Made by a program: the position numbers and the translations under genes
Shown: one piece after another, positions 12,600 to 26,235 of the stretch
How positions within the stretch are numbered: position 1 is the stretch's first letter
Layout: every line of letters starts with the position of its first letter
From: Chara braunii
Lineage: Eukaryota; Plantae; Charophyceae
Direction of reading: 5' to 3'
Assembly (NCBI GenBank): GCA_003427395.1
Contig: BFEA01000003.1
Span: 6,674,189 to 6,738,188 of the forward strand
DNA length: 64,000 nt
The notes under the pieces: model-generated
Database searches by the model: none
Told to the model about the DNA's origin: nothing
What the model saw: the letters and a program-made list of their open reading frames with translations, nothing else

Positions 12600-13097
12600 T
12601 CTCATGTTGGAGCCCTACCATCAAAGACTGGCGCAGAATGATGCCAAGCAAACACGGCACACCAGGAAACAGAGAAGAGGTCCTGAGACAACCTCTTTTC
12701 TGCAACCCCTGGATCACAAACCCTAGCGGAACGCCGTGGACACTACGCACAAGGGACCGGAGATGTTTGTCCAGGGTGGAAAAAGGGGTGTGGCAGGTGA
12801 AGCACATCTGGGCAGAAGATCGAGGGCGATGGTATACAGTACAGGAGCGTCGCCGTCACTTCACAAACAGCCTCCCCAAATGACAACAATGGCTGAAGAT
12901 ATTTTTGGAACTCTGCTGAGGCTCTGGGAGCTGAACCCAGTCGACCAGGCTGCCCACTGGGTCTGAAAACAGCCTGTGGCCAAAGAAGCGAAATCCGCTC
13001 GGCACCCCGCCCGGGGCATCTGCACGGCCAGGCGGCCGAGTGGCCTTCCGGGCAGATTTGCCCGGCCCATGCGCCAGGCCAAACAGCCTGGGTTATT
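12600..13097 (+). pseudogene. Probable LINE ORF2 post-RT fragment
   Basis: EVLRQPLFCNPWITNPSGTPW...KGVWQVKHIW....RW resembles the xPLFxNPxI...G...xxDxW block found downstream of L1-type RT. Confidence 0.5.
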
Positions 13098-13101
13098 GAT
13101 G

Positions 13102-14104
13102 TGCAAGGAAAATGAGCGAGAGCAATAGACAGAAAACCAAATTGCAACATTACACTGAAGTCCAGATAACTGTGTACCAAGCAGAAAGAAATATGCACTG
13201 AGATACAAGGCAAATAAGAGCAATGCAATGAACTCAAATGTTAATGTCAGTCCTTCTCGCCACCATCAACAATGTATCCAATGCCGCCCTTCTCTTTTGG
13301 CGCTCAGCGCCCAGCCTACAACTACTCAGTATCTATACTAGCCTACAGCTACGACATGCAACCAGGAAACACTCCAGTCGAAGACCAATGTACATGATGA
13401 CTTCGCAGACTGCCGCATACACATTAGGTATGTGTCTCTTCTCTCTCCCGCTCGTCACCTCGTTCCCCACAGTGTGAGTCTCCCTACCACCCGAAGACCA
13501 CCATCACCCACCGGCGAACCAGCGAGCCAGCTTGGCTATGGCTGCTCGCTCCCGGTGCCTGCTTGCAGCGTCCCTTCCCCAAGCGTCCATGTGTGGCCTC
13601 CAGCCGCCAGCGCCTAGGCGATCTCCAGTACTTCAATGAGGCAGCACTGTCGCCCAGTTGCCTGCGGCCAGAATGCCTGGCTGGGAGCCCGTCGCCCGAC
13701 ACTTTTCTTTATGGAAAGTTTGGGCGTGTGCTGGGGCTCAGTAGCTTCATGTCGTGTCAAAGTGTCTGCGCCCAGGCCCAATTCAGACATTGGCCTGGCC
13801 CCGATGCAGTTAGGCTGTGCGACGTGGCTCATCTCACTTGCTGCGTCCTGATTGGCCGAACGGCCTGTTTCCACGCCGCTGCCTTGAAGGCTTGAAAAGC
13901 CTGGAAGGCTCATGATGTCGTGGTCTCACAGCATACGGGGGTCCTGTAACCAACTGGCACCCAGTAACTGTCTGGCGCCCCAAGGCCTGGAAAATGCCCT
14001 GAAAGTAGGCCCCTTGAAGAATACAGGCTCGCCTTCACTTAGGGCGGGCACGAGTAAGGAACAGCAGGGCCCTTATATGACTAGCAATGGCTCATTCCCT
14101 CACA
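13102..14104 (-). repeat. 3' LTR of element A
   Basis: TGCAAGGAAAATGAG...CTCATTCCCTCACA, collinear with 28649-29602. Confidence 0.85.
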
Positions 14105-14143
14105 CTCCCTCCTCCTCAGCTTTGAAAGTCCGATGAGATGCTT

Positions 14144-16100
14144 CTACGCAGTGGTTTTCCCCTTGAGTTTTCGATCATACTCTGCAATGATCTGAGGGGC
14201 TGTCTTCATCAGCTCCTCCTTCATGGACCAACGATCTTCCTTCGGATCTGTATGATGCCTGAATTTAACCTGGTATTCCCTTGGAGGTTTCAACAGTCTT
14301 CCTCTGCCGGCTGGCTTTGGAACAGGTATGTCCCGATGATCAACTATGTCGTCGATGTCCACAAAGCCATCAATGGTTGGGGGCAGCGTTGATCTCCTTG
14401 ATAGAAATTGGTCTGTCTCAGCGAAAGGTGCAAGCTTTGAGGCGTGAAATATAGGGTAAGTGCGTAGGTGACCAGGGATAAGGATGACGTAGGAGGGACC
14501 ATCCGGATTTTTCCCAACAACGTCAAGGACTTCCCACGGACCGAAATACTGAGGTATTAGCTTTCTAGAGATGTCGGTCTCCTGTCCTAACTCGCGGTCT
14601 CTTGTCCTAACTCGCTATATAGACTGTCCTTGATGCCTGTTCTTAGATGCTATCATAGCAGCTTGAGCTTTCATGATGTTTTCAACAGCCTGCTGCATTA
14701 ACTTTTCATACTGGACGCCAGATTCAATGGTGTCAGGTGTTGCAGCTGGTCAGTTTTCAGGGAGACGAAAAACTACTACTGATCTAGGCGTCCAACCAAA
14801 TGCAGATCATTCAGAGTCACGGCCGTGGTGTTGTGAATCACAATGTTCTTCAAGCTGGCAATGAGAGGAAGTTGGTTGCCCATCCGCTCAGCTTCTTTTT
14901 TCATATTTCACTTGTAATACAGACATCTCTATCGCTCACAATAGACTTGGGCAGTCCGAAGTCACACACCCAATTATCCTTAAATAACTTGATGATGTGT
15001 CCGGTCTCCGGCATGGCGACTAACCTAGCGAACTTCGTGAAACGGTCCACGATGACAAAGACATGTCGCTTGCCACCCTTATTGGTCACGAAGGTATCCA
15101 TGAAGTCCACGGAGATTGGAGACACTCTGCGGCGGACCAGCAGGAATGGGCAAGGGCTTTAACAATTCGAGAGAAGATTATGTTTTTGTCTTGTCTCGTT
15201 GGCAAACTTGACAAGTCTGTACGTAACGTGTCACGTCCTCAAGCATAGTGGGCCACAAAATCGCTGAACAAGGTTATCACTTGTCTTCTTATAGCCAAAG
15301 TGTCCGGTCGCATCATGACACTCACCTAAAAATAAACTGCGCAAAGACTCACTACATGGAACAAATAGTCTTCTATTCCCAGCCTTTTCAAGAAAGAGCA
15401 ACCCATCCACCACCACAAGCTCGTTCGTCGTAGCTTTGTCTTTGGCCTCGAGCTTGCGGATGATGTACATCATCACGACATTTTCCTTGTGGGTGTCCAT
15501 CATGGACCGAGTCAATTCATTAGATAGGCCAAACTCGGTTATCATCGCACCAGAAAGTCCGCCTTACGTGAAAGTGCATTAGCAACCTTATTCTACTCCC
15601 CCTTCAAGTACTCAAGCTTGAAGTCATACTGACCCATGACTTCAATCCATATTTTCAGAGCATCTAAAATGGTAGGCTGCGTCTTAATCCATGAGAGGGT
15701 CTGATGGTTAGATCTTACATAGAAGAATCTGCCCAAGAGATAGTGCTTCCAATGGATCAAAGTCTTGTAAAGGGCATAAAGTTTGAGCTCATAGGTGGAT
15801 TTTGCCAACTTCTTAGATGACATCTTATTACTCATGTACTCGATAGGCCTCAATGTTTTACCCTCCTGTTGAGCTAAAACCGCATCAATGTCATATTGGC
15901 TTGCATCCGTTGTCACAATGAAGACTTTTCAAGATCGGGGAGCATCAAGCTTTCATGATGCGTGAGAGCATACTTCAATCGCTTGAAGGCTCTCTTGCAA
16001 TCATATGTCTGCTCGCACGGCGTGTCAAGGCGTGTAAGATCCGTCAAGCGGGCTAGGATTGTACTATAATTCTTTACGAAATTATGATAATATATCATCC
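14144..16100 (-). pseudogene. Element A pol remnant: RT thumb, RNase H, integrase, chromodomain
   Basis: TTDASQY (RNase H), ECHDATGHFG (IN zinc motif), ISVDFMD...IVDRFTK...SIVSDRD (IN core), DIDDIVDHR...EYQVKF (chromodomain). Many stops. Confidence 0.9.
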
Positions 16101-16853
16101 TCCCCTAGAAAAGGACCTGGCCTTTGTCACAGACTGAGGTCGTGGCCAGTCCCTGATACTAGCCACCTTTGCATCTTTCGGCCAAAGTCCATCTGAAAGT
16201 TCTTATTTGACCACTCTTTTTTAAGGTCCTCTAAGGCCTTAGACACGTCTAACGAACAGAGCATCATTTGGTCTATATCTGTCTGAGGAGTGACTGAAGA
16301 GTCAATAGCTTTGTGCATCTCCTGAAGTGGTGAGGGAATGTCCGCCACCTCAACCCGAGCAGAAGCAGTTATAACTTCTACTGGCCCGACGTGTTTCCAT
16401 GGGACGTACTCGCAAAATGACCTTTCTGGGTAGAAGATCCGCCAGCATCCGCTACGGGTTCTTGTTCTCACACTTGTATTGGGTGTGAACGTACTGGCCA
16501 CAATTAATACAAGCCCCGCGAACGTAACAGTCTCTCCACACGTCCTGCTCAAGTTCGACTTTTACTCAAGCTGGTGCATTGGGCGAAAGCTAGACCTTGC
16601 CCTGACTCTTAGATGAGCCTCCCTTGCGCTTGTCAATCGTCTTAGCCTTTGTTGTAGCTTCGACGAGGTTTCCTCCCTCAACACTATCCTCGCTGCCAAC
16701 TTTGTATCCCCCACAAAATCGATGATATCATCTACCTCCTCTCGATTCCCTTTTGAATCGATGTACATAAGGGGACCCTTCTTCCTCTAATCTTGTGTGA
16801 TCTTCTTCTTCCTCCGATCAACAGATCCTTGTTGCACGCTCCCTAGCTTAGCT

Positions 16854-18241
16854 TCAGAAATATAAGGTCTTCTTGTTGAAGAAGCCAACCAACATATTCT
16901 TGATGTCTGTAAGTAGACATTGTAAGTATGTGGTCAACAACATATGTCCGTTATAGCGCACTCCGGGGACCATGATTAGTTTCTCCATGGCGTTTATAAG
17001 CTCGTGTGCCATCCTATACTTCTTGGAGTCAAGTTTGGCTAACGCGTTGATGGCCAGCTGCGCTTGCTGCAGGTTGTGCCACCGCTCCTCTACCATTGCC
17101 AGAAACGCCGTGCCCTATCATCAAAATTCCGACCGAATCCTTGTGCTACTAGATCGTGCAACCATCTTGCTGATCCTTTCAGATTGGATGCAGCCACGAT
17201 TACTTCCTGATCAATGCGCGTCAACTTGGTGCTAACGCATGTTAGCACTGTTCTCAACCATGTGTTGAGATCCTCCTCGGAGTCCTTATCACCTGTGAAT
17301 GGCTCCGGAGGGGCCAACGCTATCTTAGGGACCAATTGTGGCTGTGATCCAGCAGCCTGTGCTTGTGGCTGCACTGGTTGCTGAACCAGGCGTTGTCTTG
17401 TAGCTACAACAGCTTGTTGAGCAGAAGAAGATGTCTGAGCTTGCGCACCTACAACTAGCTGTCCACCTGATAAAGGTATGCCAAAGTGAGAAACAAAGGA
17501 CCCTGCCATCGCCAGTAACATAGACAGCGAATGGACCACAGGCTGCGGCCTGATACTAGGCCCAACTATTATGGATGGGGCTGGCCTTCCCAAACCACGA
17601 ACGGCTTCAAGTACCTCGTCCAAAGTGAACTGGATGTAATCCATCCGGCTGTCCTGAACAGCCATGTACTCGTCCATGCCCGGCACTCGGGCTTTCAAGG
17701 CTTTCGTGGTATCATCAAGGATGGACTCACCTAGTCCCTCTATCGTAGCCCAGTCAGCCTCCCTGCTCTCCAGTCTAGCTTTCCTATTTTTGGCTGTCGT
17801 TGCTCTGTCTGTTGCATCGCTGACTTCAGCTTTTAGCCGAAGGCGGATATTCTCTGCTTCTTGGATCTCTAGATCCTCCCTAGTGAGTTGAGGTGGCTGG
17901 CTGAACTGCGAGCCAACCATCTGACTTGAGGATGGACCCTGTGTCACTCCACTGGAGATTGACTGTGAGACAGACTGTGTGCCCTGTGTCTGCTGGCCCT
18001 ATGAGGTCGCTGCTGCAGAGGACGCCATTGTGTTTGCAGATGCTGCTGCTCTCACTAACGCTTGCCCTGCTGCTGCTACTACCTCTCTGGCCCTCTCCAA
18101 ACGCTGCACAGCACCTTCTGCCCGCAACCTTCTCTCATCACTGGGTAACAGCATCTGGAACACGACAGGTATGCTACGAGCTTCCCTCCGTGTCAGTCTC
18201 CTATCGTCAGCTCTAGCCTCCTCACTAGGTGTTCCACTCAT
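16854..18241 (-). pseudogene. Element A gag remnant
   Basis: ORF 17090-17947 contains PPEPFTGDKDSEEDLNTWLRT; adjacent frameshifted pieces continue it. Confidence 0.8.
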
Positions 18242-19181
18242 CAGCTATAGCAGCTCACAATCTTTTTTTTTTTTTTTTTTTTTGGGGGGGGGGGGGGGGG
18301 GGAATCAACCCCATGGGACAGCTTGAGATGCTGGTAGGAGCAGTCGCCTCAACTAGTGTCCTCGCGGGAACCTACCACAGCATGGTGTCTAACCGAGATG
18401 CAAAATAAATAAATAAAATAAATATTCAGTCTGAAACTCAGAGAGAATATTCAGGCGGTGTAAACAGCAAATACACAGTTTCTGCAAATGATCCTGTCTC
18501 TACTTTGACTAGTTCTGAAACAACATCAATGCATAGAACTCGAAATGTTACACTGCTAGAGTACTACACTATTGCTGTCTGTCAGGTGTCAGCAGTCTGT
18601 ACACACCTCAACTGATCAAAATAAAAAATAAAATAAAATGCACAGATATATGCAGAATGGNTCAGCAGTCTGTACACACCTCAACTGATCAAAATAAAAA
18701 ATAAAATAAAATGCACAGATATATGCAGAATGGAACTATGCAATAATTACGGATGAGCATCAACTGGAATCTCCCGTTCCCCCTCTATCCCTTCCCCCTC
18801 TATCCCTCTTGATTGTCGTCGTCAAGACGTTCCTGGCTGCATCTGAAAGTAGCAGTGACTATTGGTGTGCACAACGGCCTACCCCTGTGCCCAGGTGAGT
18901 GGAAGGCTGGACAGCCCAGACTGTACTATTTTTATCCTCGTGTACACCACAAGTTGGATGTCCTGCTGGAGTGTCTTTAACACTGGTCCGGTACTCATTG
19001 ATCCCCCAAAGGGCTGGCCTCCCCAACACCCTTTCCATGCGCAGCAGGACCTCAAATGAATGCAGCAAAGCATGCTTGCTCTCCTCCCATGGATTGGCAT
19101 GGTGACCCGTGCTTCATCCAGGGCCCTTCAGAGGTACCACCCTATCCCACCAGATACACCTCTCGAGGTAGAGTGCTCATG

Positions 19182-19622
19182 TGTCGCATGCCAAGATGGC
19201 ACAGACCAGAACCAAGAACCGACCTCTCACAGATAGAACAGGATAGCACAGCNNNNNNNNNNNNNNNNNNNNNNNNNNNNNNNNNNNNNNNNNNNNNNNN
19301 NNNNNNNNNNNNNNNNNNNNNNNNNNNNNNNNNNNNNNNNNNNNNNNNNNNNNNNNNNNNNNNNNNNNNNNNNNNNNNNNNNNNNNNNNNNNNNNNNNNN
19401 NNNNNNNNNNNNNNNNNNNNNNNNNNNNNNNNNNNNNNNNNNNNNNNNNNNNNNNNNNNNNNNNNNNNNNNNNNNNNNNNNNNNNNNNNNNNNNNNNNNN
19501 NNNNNNNNNNNNNNNNNNNNNNNNNNNNNNNNNNNNNNNNNNNNNNNNNNNNNNNNNNNNNNNNNNNNNNNNNNNNNNNNNNNNNNNNNNNNNNNNNNNN
19601 NNNNNNNNNNNNNNNNNNNNNN

Positions 19623-19679
<57 letters not shown>

Positions 19680-20290
19680 GCGCGCGCGCGCTATACCAAG
19701 TACTGACCTGCGAAAGGTGGTGCTTTGATGCAGGTGCGGACGTGCTGAAGACAAAGCTGGAGCAAGGGCTACGCAGGTAAGTCTCAGGTAAGTCCTCAGG
19801 CCGCCATCACCATCTCTCCCTCCCTGCACTGCTCTACCGTATCAGTGCCCAGCGCTGCAGACTAGTCCTATCGTCGACTACTACTCCGCTACTGTCGTCT
19901 GAAGTATGCCTCCTCGATCCTCGACTCAAGAATGAGGAACTGAGGCCGGACCCAGCTATATGTAGCACTGGGTTGGCCTCAGCCGCTAAGTCCTGGCGCT
20001 CAAACTGAGGCTGGGCCTCAAAGTTTGGCGCCCAAACTGAGGCTGCTCCAGCGCCTACCGAAACGACGCGGCCTCAAAGTCAGGCCTTGGCGCCAAAACG
20101 CGCGCCAGGGCCTGTACTCAAAACGAGGCCTACAGGGCCTCTTCCTGGTACCGGTCCTACTCGGCCTAGACTCGGCCTACCAACCCTACGGACCCTGCTG
20201 AGGGTCGAAACGATGCAAACCCTACACCTACGGACCCCTAGTCTACCTGGTCGGGCCCTGTTGGGCCCGTGTGGTACTGAGTATGCCACA
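19182..20290 (-). repeat. 3' LTR of element B (contains an N gap)
   Basis: Collinear with 27060-28253 and adjacent to the PPT AAGAAGGGGGGAG on the minus strand. Confidence 0.9.
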
Positions 20291-20315
20291 CTCCCCCCTT
20301 CTTGAAAGACCGAGC

Positions 20316-22399
20316 TTACCTGCGAGGGCGAAGCTGTCTGTTGGAGGGAGGGACTGAAGTCCGGGTGGGAGGCTGTGCAGCTTCCGTGGCTAGCCGTTTT
20401 TTCTCATGATCGACGTAGACATCTGGTGCGGAGGCTTGCAAAGCTGCCCAGGAAATCCATCGCGTGTCGTCGCGTTCGCACCATTTGAATGTGACCTTGT
20501 ACTGCATTGGCTTGTTGTCGTGCTTGCGATGCGTGATGACGCGGTCGTCGGTCGACTTCCTGATGACCATCCATGGAAGGAGGGTCTTGCGATCGTCGGC
20601 CCGGGAAGTCATCGCTCTTGGCTGGGGTATATGTGGTCAGCTTGGAGGCGTGGAAAACCGGGTGCATTGTGAGGTGCGGCGGATTTCGATCACAAAGGAG
20701 GGGCCATCGGGCTCATCGCCCGCGGCTGATGTGACGGGCCATGGTCCAAACCACTTTGGAAGTAGCTTGCGGGATACATCTTGTTCAAGCGCAAACTCCT
20801 TCATGGAGACCCAAACAAGGTCGTCGGCGCGGATAGGGCATGGCACGCGACGCCTGTTAGGTTGCTGTTGCATGCGGACTTGAGCCTTTTGCATGTTGGC
20901 GCTGGCTTTAGCCAGCAGGTCCCTATACTTCCGAACGGAGGCGGGAGAACAAGCGGCGTCAATGTCTGCAGTCCTTGGAAATGGAAGATCAGCGAAGATA
21001 CGGCCTTTCCTGCCACCGTGGTGCAACTCGAAGGGAGTCACGCCGATCGCCGGGTGCAACGAAGTGTTGTAGGCAAATTCGATGTCGGGGAGGCGGTCAA
21101 CCCAATCCTTCTGATCCGTACGGATGAGTGTGCGAAGTATTACTTGAGCGGCTTGATGTGCCCCCTCCGTCTGCCCGTCCGTTTGCGGATGCCGAGCCGA
21201 ACTTGGTTTCATCTCGATGTCGGACTCTTTCATGAGGGAGGTCCAAAATGCCGACATAAAACGACTGTCGCGGTCGCTGACGATGTCTTCCAGAACACCG
21301 TGACCGCATATCCAGCCAGTGTGTAAAAGGCGCGCAAGTTCAGGAGTCGTGGCGTAGTACTTGCAAGGAAGAAATCGTGCGTACTTGCTCAAACAGTCAA
21401 CGACCATGAGAATGTCGTGGTGCCCGAAACAGTCGCGGGGGAACTGGCCGATGACGTCCATAGCAATGGAGAGGCCGGGTTCCCGCGGGATAGGCAACAA
21501 TCGTAACTCACCGTAGGGGTTGTGATTGTGGGGTTTGCTTCACTGGCAAACTTCGCAAGAGTCGCAATACCGAGTGACGTTGGTAATGAGGTCCGGCCAC
21601 CGGAATCACTGCTGAAGCCTTGCGATCGTACGGTTGACTCCGAAGTGGCCGGCGAGTCGCGAGTCGTGGCATCTGCCGAGGAGGTGAGTCCGTAAACGAC
21701 GGTCGTGTGGGACGCATAGTGAGTACTTGCCTCGTGAGTGAAGAAGCAAGTAGCCATCGACGACGCGATAATGGCTGGCCGGCAGGTAATCCGAGGATAG
21801 TTGCTCGTAGAGTGTGGCGTATTCCGAATCGGACTTGTATGCTCGCACAAAATGCTGATGAAGGGCGTCGTTGAAACCGGACGCGTGGTGAGTCAATGCA
21901 CAAAGATTTGATCTTCGCAAGAGAGCATCCGCGGCTCGGTTGGAGAGGCCCGAAATGTGTTTCGGTGTGAATTCGAACTGATCGATGAAGTACATCCATC
22001 GAGCGATCGTGCTGTTCACCGTGTCTTGCGTCTTGTAGTAGGTCAATGGGTTATTGTCCGTAGCCCAAGTGAACCTACGACGACCGAGGAGGAAATGTTG
22101 CCAAGGCTTGAGTACCGTGAAGAACGCAAGCAACTCCTTCTTCCGCGCATCATCAACCAAGTTGATGGGGGCACCTTTTGGCTGAAGTACTCAATCGGAT
22201 GCCAATCTACTCTGTCGTGTTGTTCCAAAACTGCACCCATGCCGTAGCCGGAAGCGTCCGTAGTCACTCTCGTAGGCAAGGTGGGATCGTAGATTCTCAG
22301 GACGGGAGCGAGGAGCAACGTCGTCTTAAATTTGTGGAACGAACTGCGGACTTCGTCGGTGAACTGGAAGGGCACAATTGGAGACTGCAATCTTGACAA
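20316..22399 (-). pseudogene. Element B RNase H, integrase and chromodomain (frameshifted)
   Basis: TTDASGYGMGAVL; CHDSRLAGHFG; IAMDVIG...IVSDRD...HPQTDGQTE; PKWFGPW; DRVITHRKH...QYKVTFKW. Confidence 0.92.
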
Positions 22400-22438
22400 G
22401 GACGAGGCGATCCGTGCGTATCCTTTGATGAAGCGTTG

Positions 22439-24303
22439 CTAGTACCCGGCCAATCCCATAAAAGAACGGACTTCCGTGGTGTTGGTCGGTTCTAGCCACT
22501 CTTGGATGGTCTTGATCTTGTCCGAGAGTGGACGGATGCCTTGCGGCGTCACAAAGTGGCCCAAGTACTCGAGCTCTTGCTGCGCGAATTCGCACTTGGC
22601 TCGGTTGGCCTTGTACTTGACCGTACGTAGCCTGTCCAAAACAGCACGTAGATGCACGATGTGCTCGTCCAAAGTCCGGCTATACACCAAGATGTCATCG
22701 AGGTAGATGAGCACGAACCGGTCCAACATGTCGCGAAACTCTATTGTCATTGCCGCTTGGAAGGTGGCCGGGGCATTCGTGAGGCCGAATTGCATTACGA
22801 CCCACTCGAAGTGCCCGTACTGTGTCTTGAACGCGGTTTTGTATCGATCTCTTGGATGGATCTCGAGCTGGTGGTAACCGGCCTTGAGGTCCAACTTGGA
22901 GAAGTACTTGGCGCCGCCCAATCGTTGGAGAAGATCGTCGATGCGTGGGAGCGGGCCGACATTCTTAATTGTTTGAGCATTAAGCTTACGATAGTTAATG
23001 CATAAGCGCAGTTCCTTGTTCTTCTTCCGGACGAAGAGAACGGGTGCACCGTAGGGCGAGCAGCTAGGGCGAATCCAGCCCTTGTCAATGAGGTCATCAA
23101 GTTGTGTTCGCAGCACTTCGAGTCCCTCCTCGCTCATGCGGTAAATACATTCGCGCGGAGGTACGGCCCCATCTTCGAGGATGATCTCATGACGAATTGG
23201 CCGATTCGGTACGATTCCGACGGGGGCTTCAAAGACGTCGCCATAGGAGTCAAGAAGCTGTAAAATGCGTGGATCCAGTGGTTGTTCCGCCGCTGGCTCG
23301 TCGGGAGGGGGGAGGGCTTGCAAGAAGCAAATGCCCATTTCCTCCACGTCGTTCCGTGCGATGGAGTTGCGAATGCTTGCCGCGGAGACCACGTGACAAC
23401 CAATCGAAGGGTGAGGTGGGGGTGTCGTACATGGCCCAAGTATCCCGTTCCGGTCACGAACGTGAACGGTGCGGCGGTAGAAGTTCACCGGGTGGTCCTC
23501 GCTGCGCAGCCACGACATGCCCAAAATCATGTCGAACTGTGTGTCCAATATGTCAAAGGACACGGCCTCGCGTGCATGGGGGGCGAAGTACACAGGGACG
23601 GAGTCAACACACCGGTCAATGGACTTGTGCATATGACCGTCGGCCAACGTGACTTGCGTGTGAAGTCTTGGCTGATGTAGTTGCAAGTAGCTCCACAATA
23701 AATCAAGGCGCTGCAGGTCACCTTCCCGATCTGAATGTGGACGTAGAGTAACGGTGCGTCGATGTTGTCGTACCGTTGCGTGGCGTACTCGTGGTCAATC
23801 TTTGCAATGTACTCGTGAAGGTCAACAACCGTTTCTCCATCTCCCATCACCGGAGTTGGTACTGCAACGTGCAAGTAGTTGTGCAGTTCTTCCATTAAGG
23901 CGTTGCAATGCGGCTTCGACAAGGAACCAGATGGGGGAAGAGGCATCCATTGGAAGTCCTCTGGCGTCAATGGGTCCAGGTCCTCAAGTCTAGACCATAC
24001 CAACGAGTCCCCGAGTAGTGTCGGTGAGGATGCTGGTTCACTTGGTGATGGTGATGAAGTCGCGCACGCACATGACTCTTGCACGTGGAGAGGTTGGTCC
24101 AAAGGCGGGACCAGCTGGACAGCATAGTCTTCGTAACTTTCGTGAAGACTGGCGACATACGCATGTTCCCCGGACCTGGAGGAGGTTGCCAGCAAGGCAA
24201 CCGTGTCCGGCAGAGTAGGAAGTGGAGTCGCCTCACTTCCCGCGGAGCTCAGTTTCCCGAGCTTTGTCGTGGACGGACGTCTTCTTTGCCTTTGACGGGG
24301 CAT
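22439..24303 (-). pseudogene. Element B protease and reverse transcriptase
   Basis: ALIYCGAT (catalytic Asp lost), DMILGMSWL, PYGAPVLFV, FSKLDLKAGYHQL, YLDDILVYS. Confidence 0.93.
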
Positions 24304-26000
24304 TGCGACGTCGTGTGCTTGGTGCTATTGCACCAATAGCAACAGTTCCACTTCTGGCGTAGCTTGTATTGCTCCTCCTTGAGGCGGAACTGCTTTCACG
24401 GCTCGTTCGGCTGTCCAACTTCTGTTGACGCAGATTTCGCCTTTTTCTTCTTGTTGTTGCGTCGTAGCGGAAGGGCGTTGACTCCGTCTCCTTCACTAGA
24501 CTCGTGAGTCAACGCCTGGTCGTCCTCTTGTCCGTCGCATTGGACAGCAGCGACTTGCTGCGGTCACGGGCCTTTGCCCTTCTCCACAAAATTTGGTTGG
24601 CTTCGCCGCTTGTTGGCATCCCATCGATTTGTTTGGATTACTTTGCGCGCCTTTTCCACGATCTGGTCGAAGTCCGTGTACAGGCTGGGCTCCCCAAGTG
24701 CCGTACTCAATGCGTCGACCGACTGCTGGAAGAATTCGTGACGAAGATGTACAAACGGTATATCTAGGTTCGGAATCGTCACAAGTTTTTGCCATTCGGT
24801 TAGCCATTCGCGTGTTGACTGGCTGCCTTGACGCATGGTGAAGATCCTGTTTGCGCCTTTGCCTTGTGCGTCGTCGATGATGACGCGTTTCCGCCACTTC
24901 TCGATCATGGCCTCCCAAGTGATCTTGGTGTAAAGCTTAGCGACTTCGACGCCTTCGGTTTGAGCTAGGTGCTTGAGCCACACTTGGCTGGCACCGGTGC
25001 TGCAGAGGTAAAGCGCTGAGATCTTCGACCCTGGCGGGACGAAGTGGATGGAGAGCTTGTTGGTGAACCCTTGCCACCAACTGATGGGGTCCGCCTTGTG
25101 GTAGTCATCAAACTTGTCGATGTTGAACCTCAGCATCTTCTATTGTTTAGACGTCAGGCTGTTGCAGGTCCCAGTTGGTTGCTGCTGCAGCTGACGCAGG
25201 TCCGCTTGTAGGGCGGCGATTTGCTGGCTGATGGTCGTCAGTCGTTGAAAACTGTTCAAGTTTCTGAGGAGCACGACCAGGTGATCCATTCGTCCTTCCA
25301 GCTCGCGGATCGATGGATCGATACGTGAGGATGTCGTGTGTCGGTGCGGCACATCATCCGTCTCCAGCATGTCGAGGCGGGGGTGGAGGCTCTTGAGAGT
25401 CTCCTCATAACTGGCGATGACATTTGCCCGCCGGGCGAACTCCACTTGTTGCCAGTTACAAGTGAGGATGACTTGGTGCATCATGCTGGCGAGGGCTGAC
25501 TTGGTCTGATCCTCCGCAGTTGGTTCCGTCGTCGCCGCTGGATCAACATTCCATGCTTGGAGTGCGGCGGTATGCAAGGCTTCCTGCTGCATGAGGACGG
25601 ATGCGGCATCTTTTCGAGCTTTGTTATGGTTGGCAGCTGCTTCCTCGTGCTGCCGGCGCCGTTGCTCGGCGTCGCAAGCAATGGCGTTGAGGCGTGCCGC
25701 TTCAGCTGCCGCCTCGTGTTGCTGTTCCTCTTGTACTTGTTGCATGTAGGTGCCCAGGCGGGCCAGAAAGACCGTCATGGTCTCTCCTTGCTGCCAGACT
25801 GGCGCAGCGTCGAGGGCTCCCGCAGGTGTCGCAGTGGAACCCACCTGCTGGACCTGTGGGACCGGGGGGTTCGAGCTGCCGGATGCGGCATTGGGGTTGC
25901 CCTGGGCGTCCATTTCAGAGGGGAGGGGCAGGGGTAGCTGCTGTTCCGCTGCGGCTGCCCGCCCTTCACGTGCTGCGATGCGTTCGCTGCGTCGGAGCAT
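24233..26000 (-). pseudogene. Element B gag (in-frame stop at 25140-25142)
   Basis: ORFs 25140-26000 and 24564-25136 share a frame; KFDDYHKADPISWWQGF and F.MRQG gag features are present. Confidence 0.85.
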
Positions 26001-26035
26001 AAGCTGAACTGCTGTACGGTGTCGGCTGACGCGGT

Positions 26036-26235
26036 ACTGCTGACGTGGCCCGGCTGCTTATGTGGCTCCTGCTGATGTGGCACTTGGCTGACGTGGCACC
26101 TGCTGACATGGCACCTGCTGACATGGCACTTGCACTTGCTGGCATGGCACTTGCGGCAGTTGCCGACATGGCACTTGTGGCAGTTGCTGACATGGCACTT
26201 GCTGACGTGGCCTTGCTGACATGGCACTGACATAG
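26036..26235. repeat. 15/21-bp tandem array of CTGAC(G/A)TGGCAC in the B leader
   Basis: About ten consecutive TGACRTGGC-like units. Confidence 0.9.

Noticed and set aside
18589-18733. 72-bp exact tandem duplication
   Set aside because: The copies flank a single N, typical of an unmerged contig overlap.
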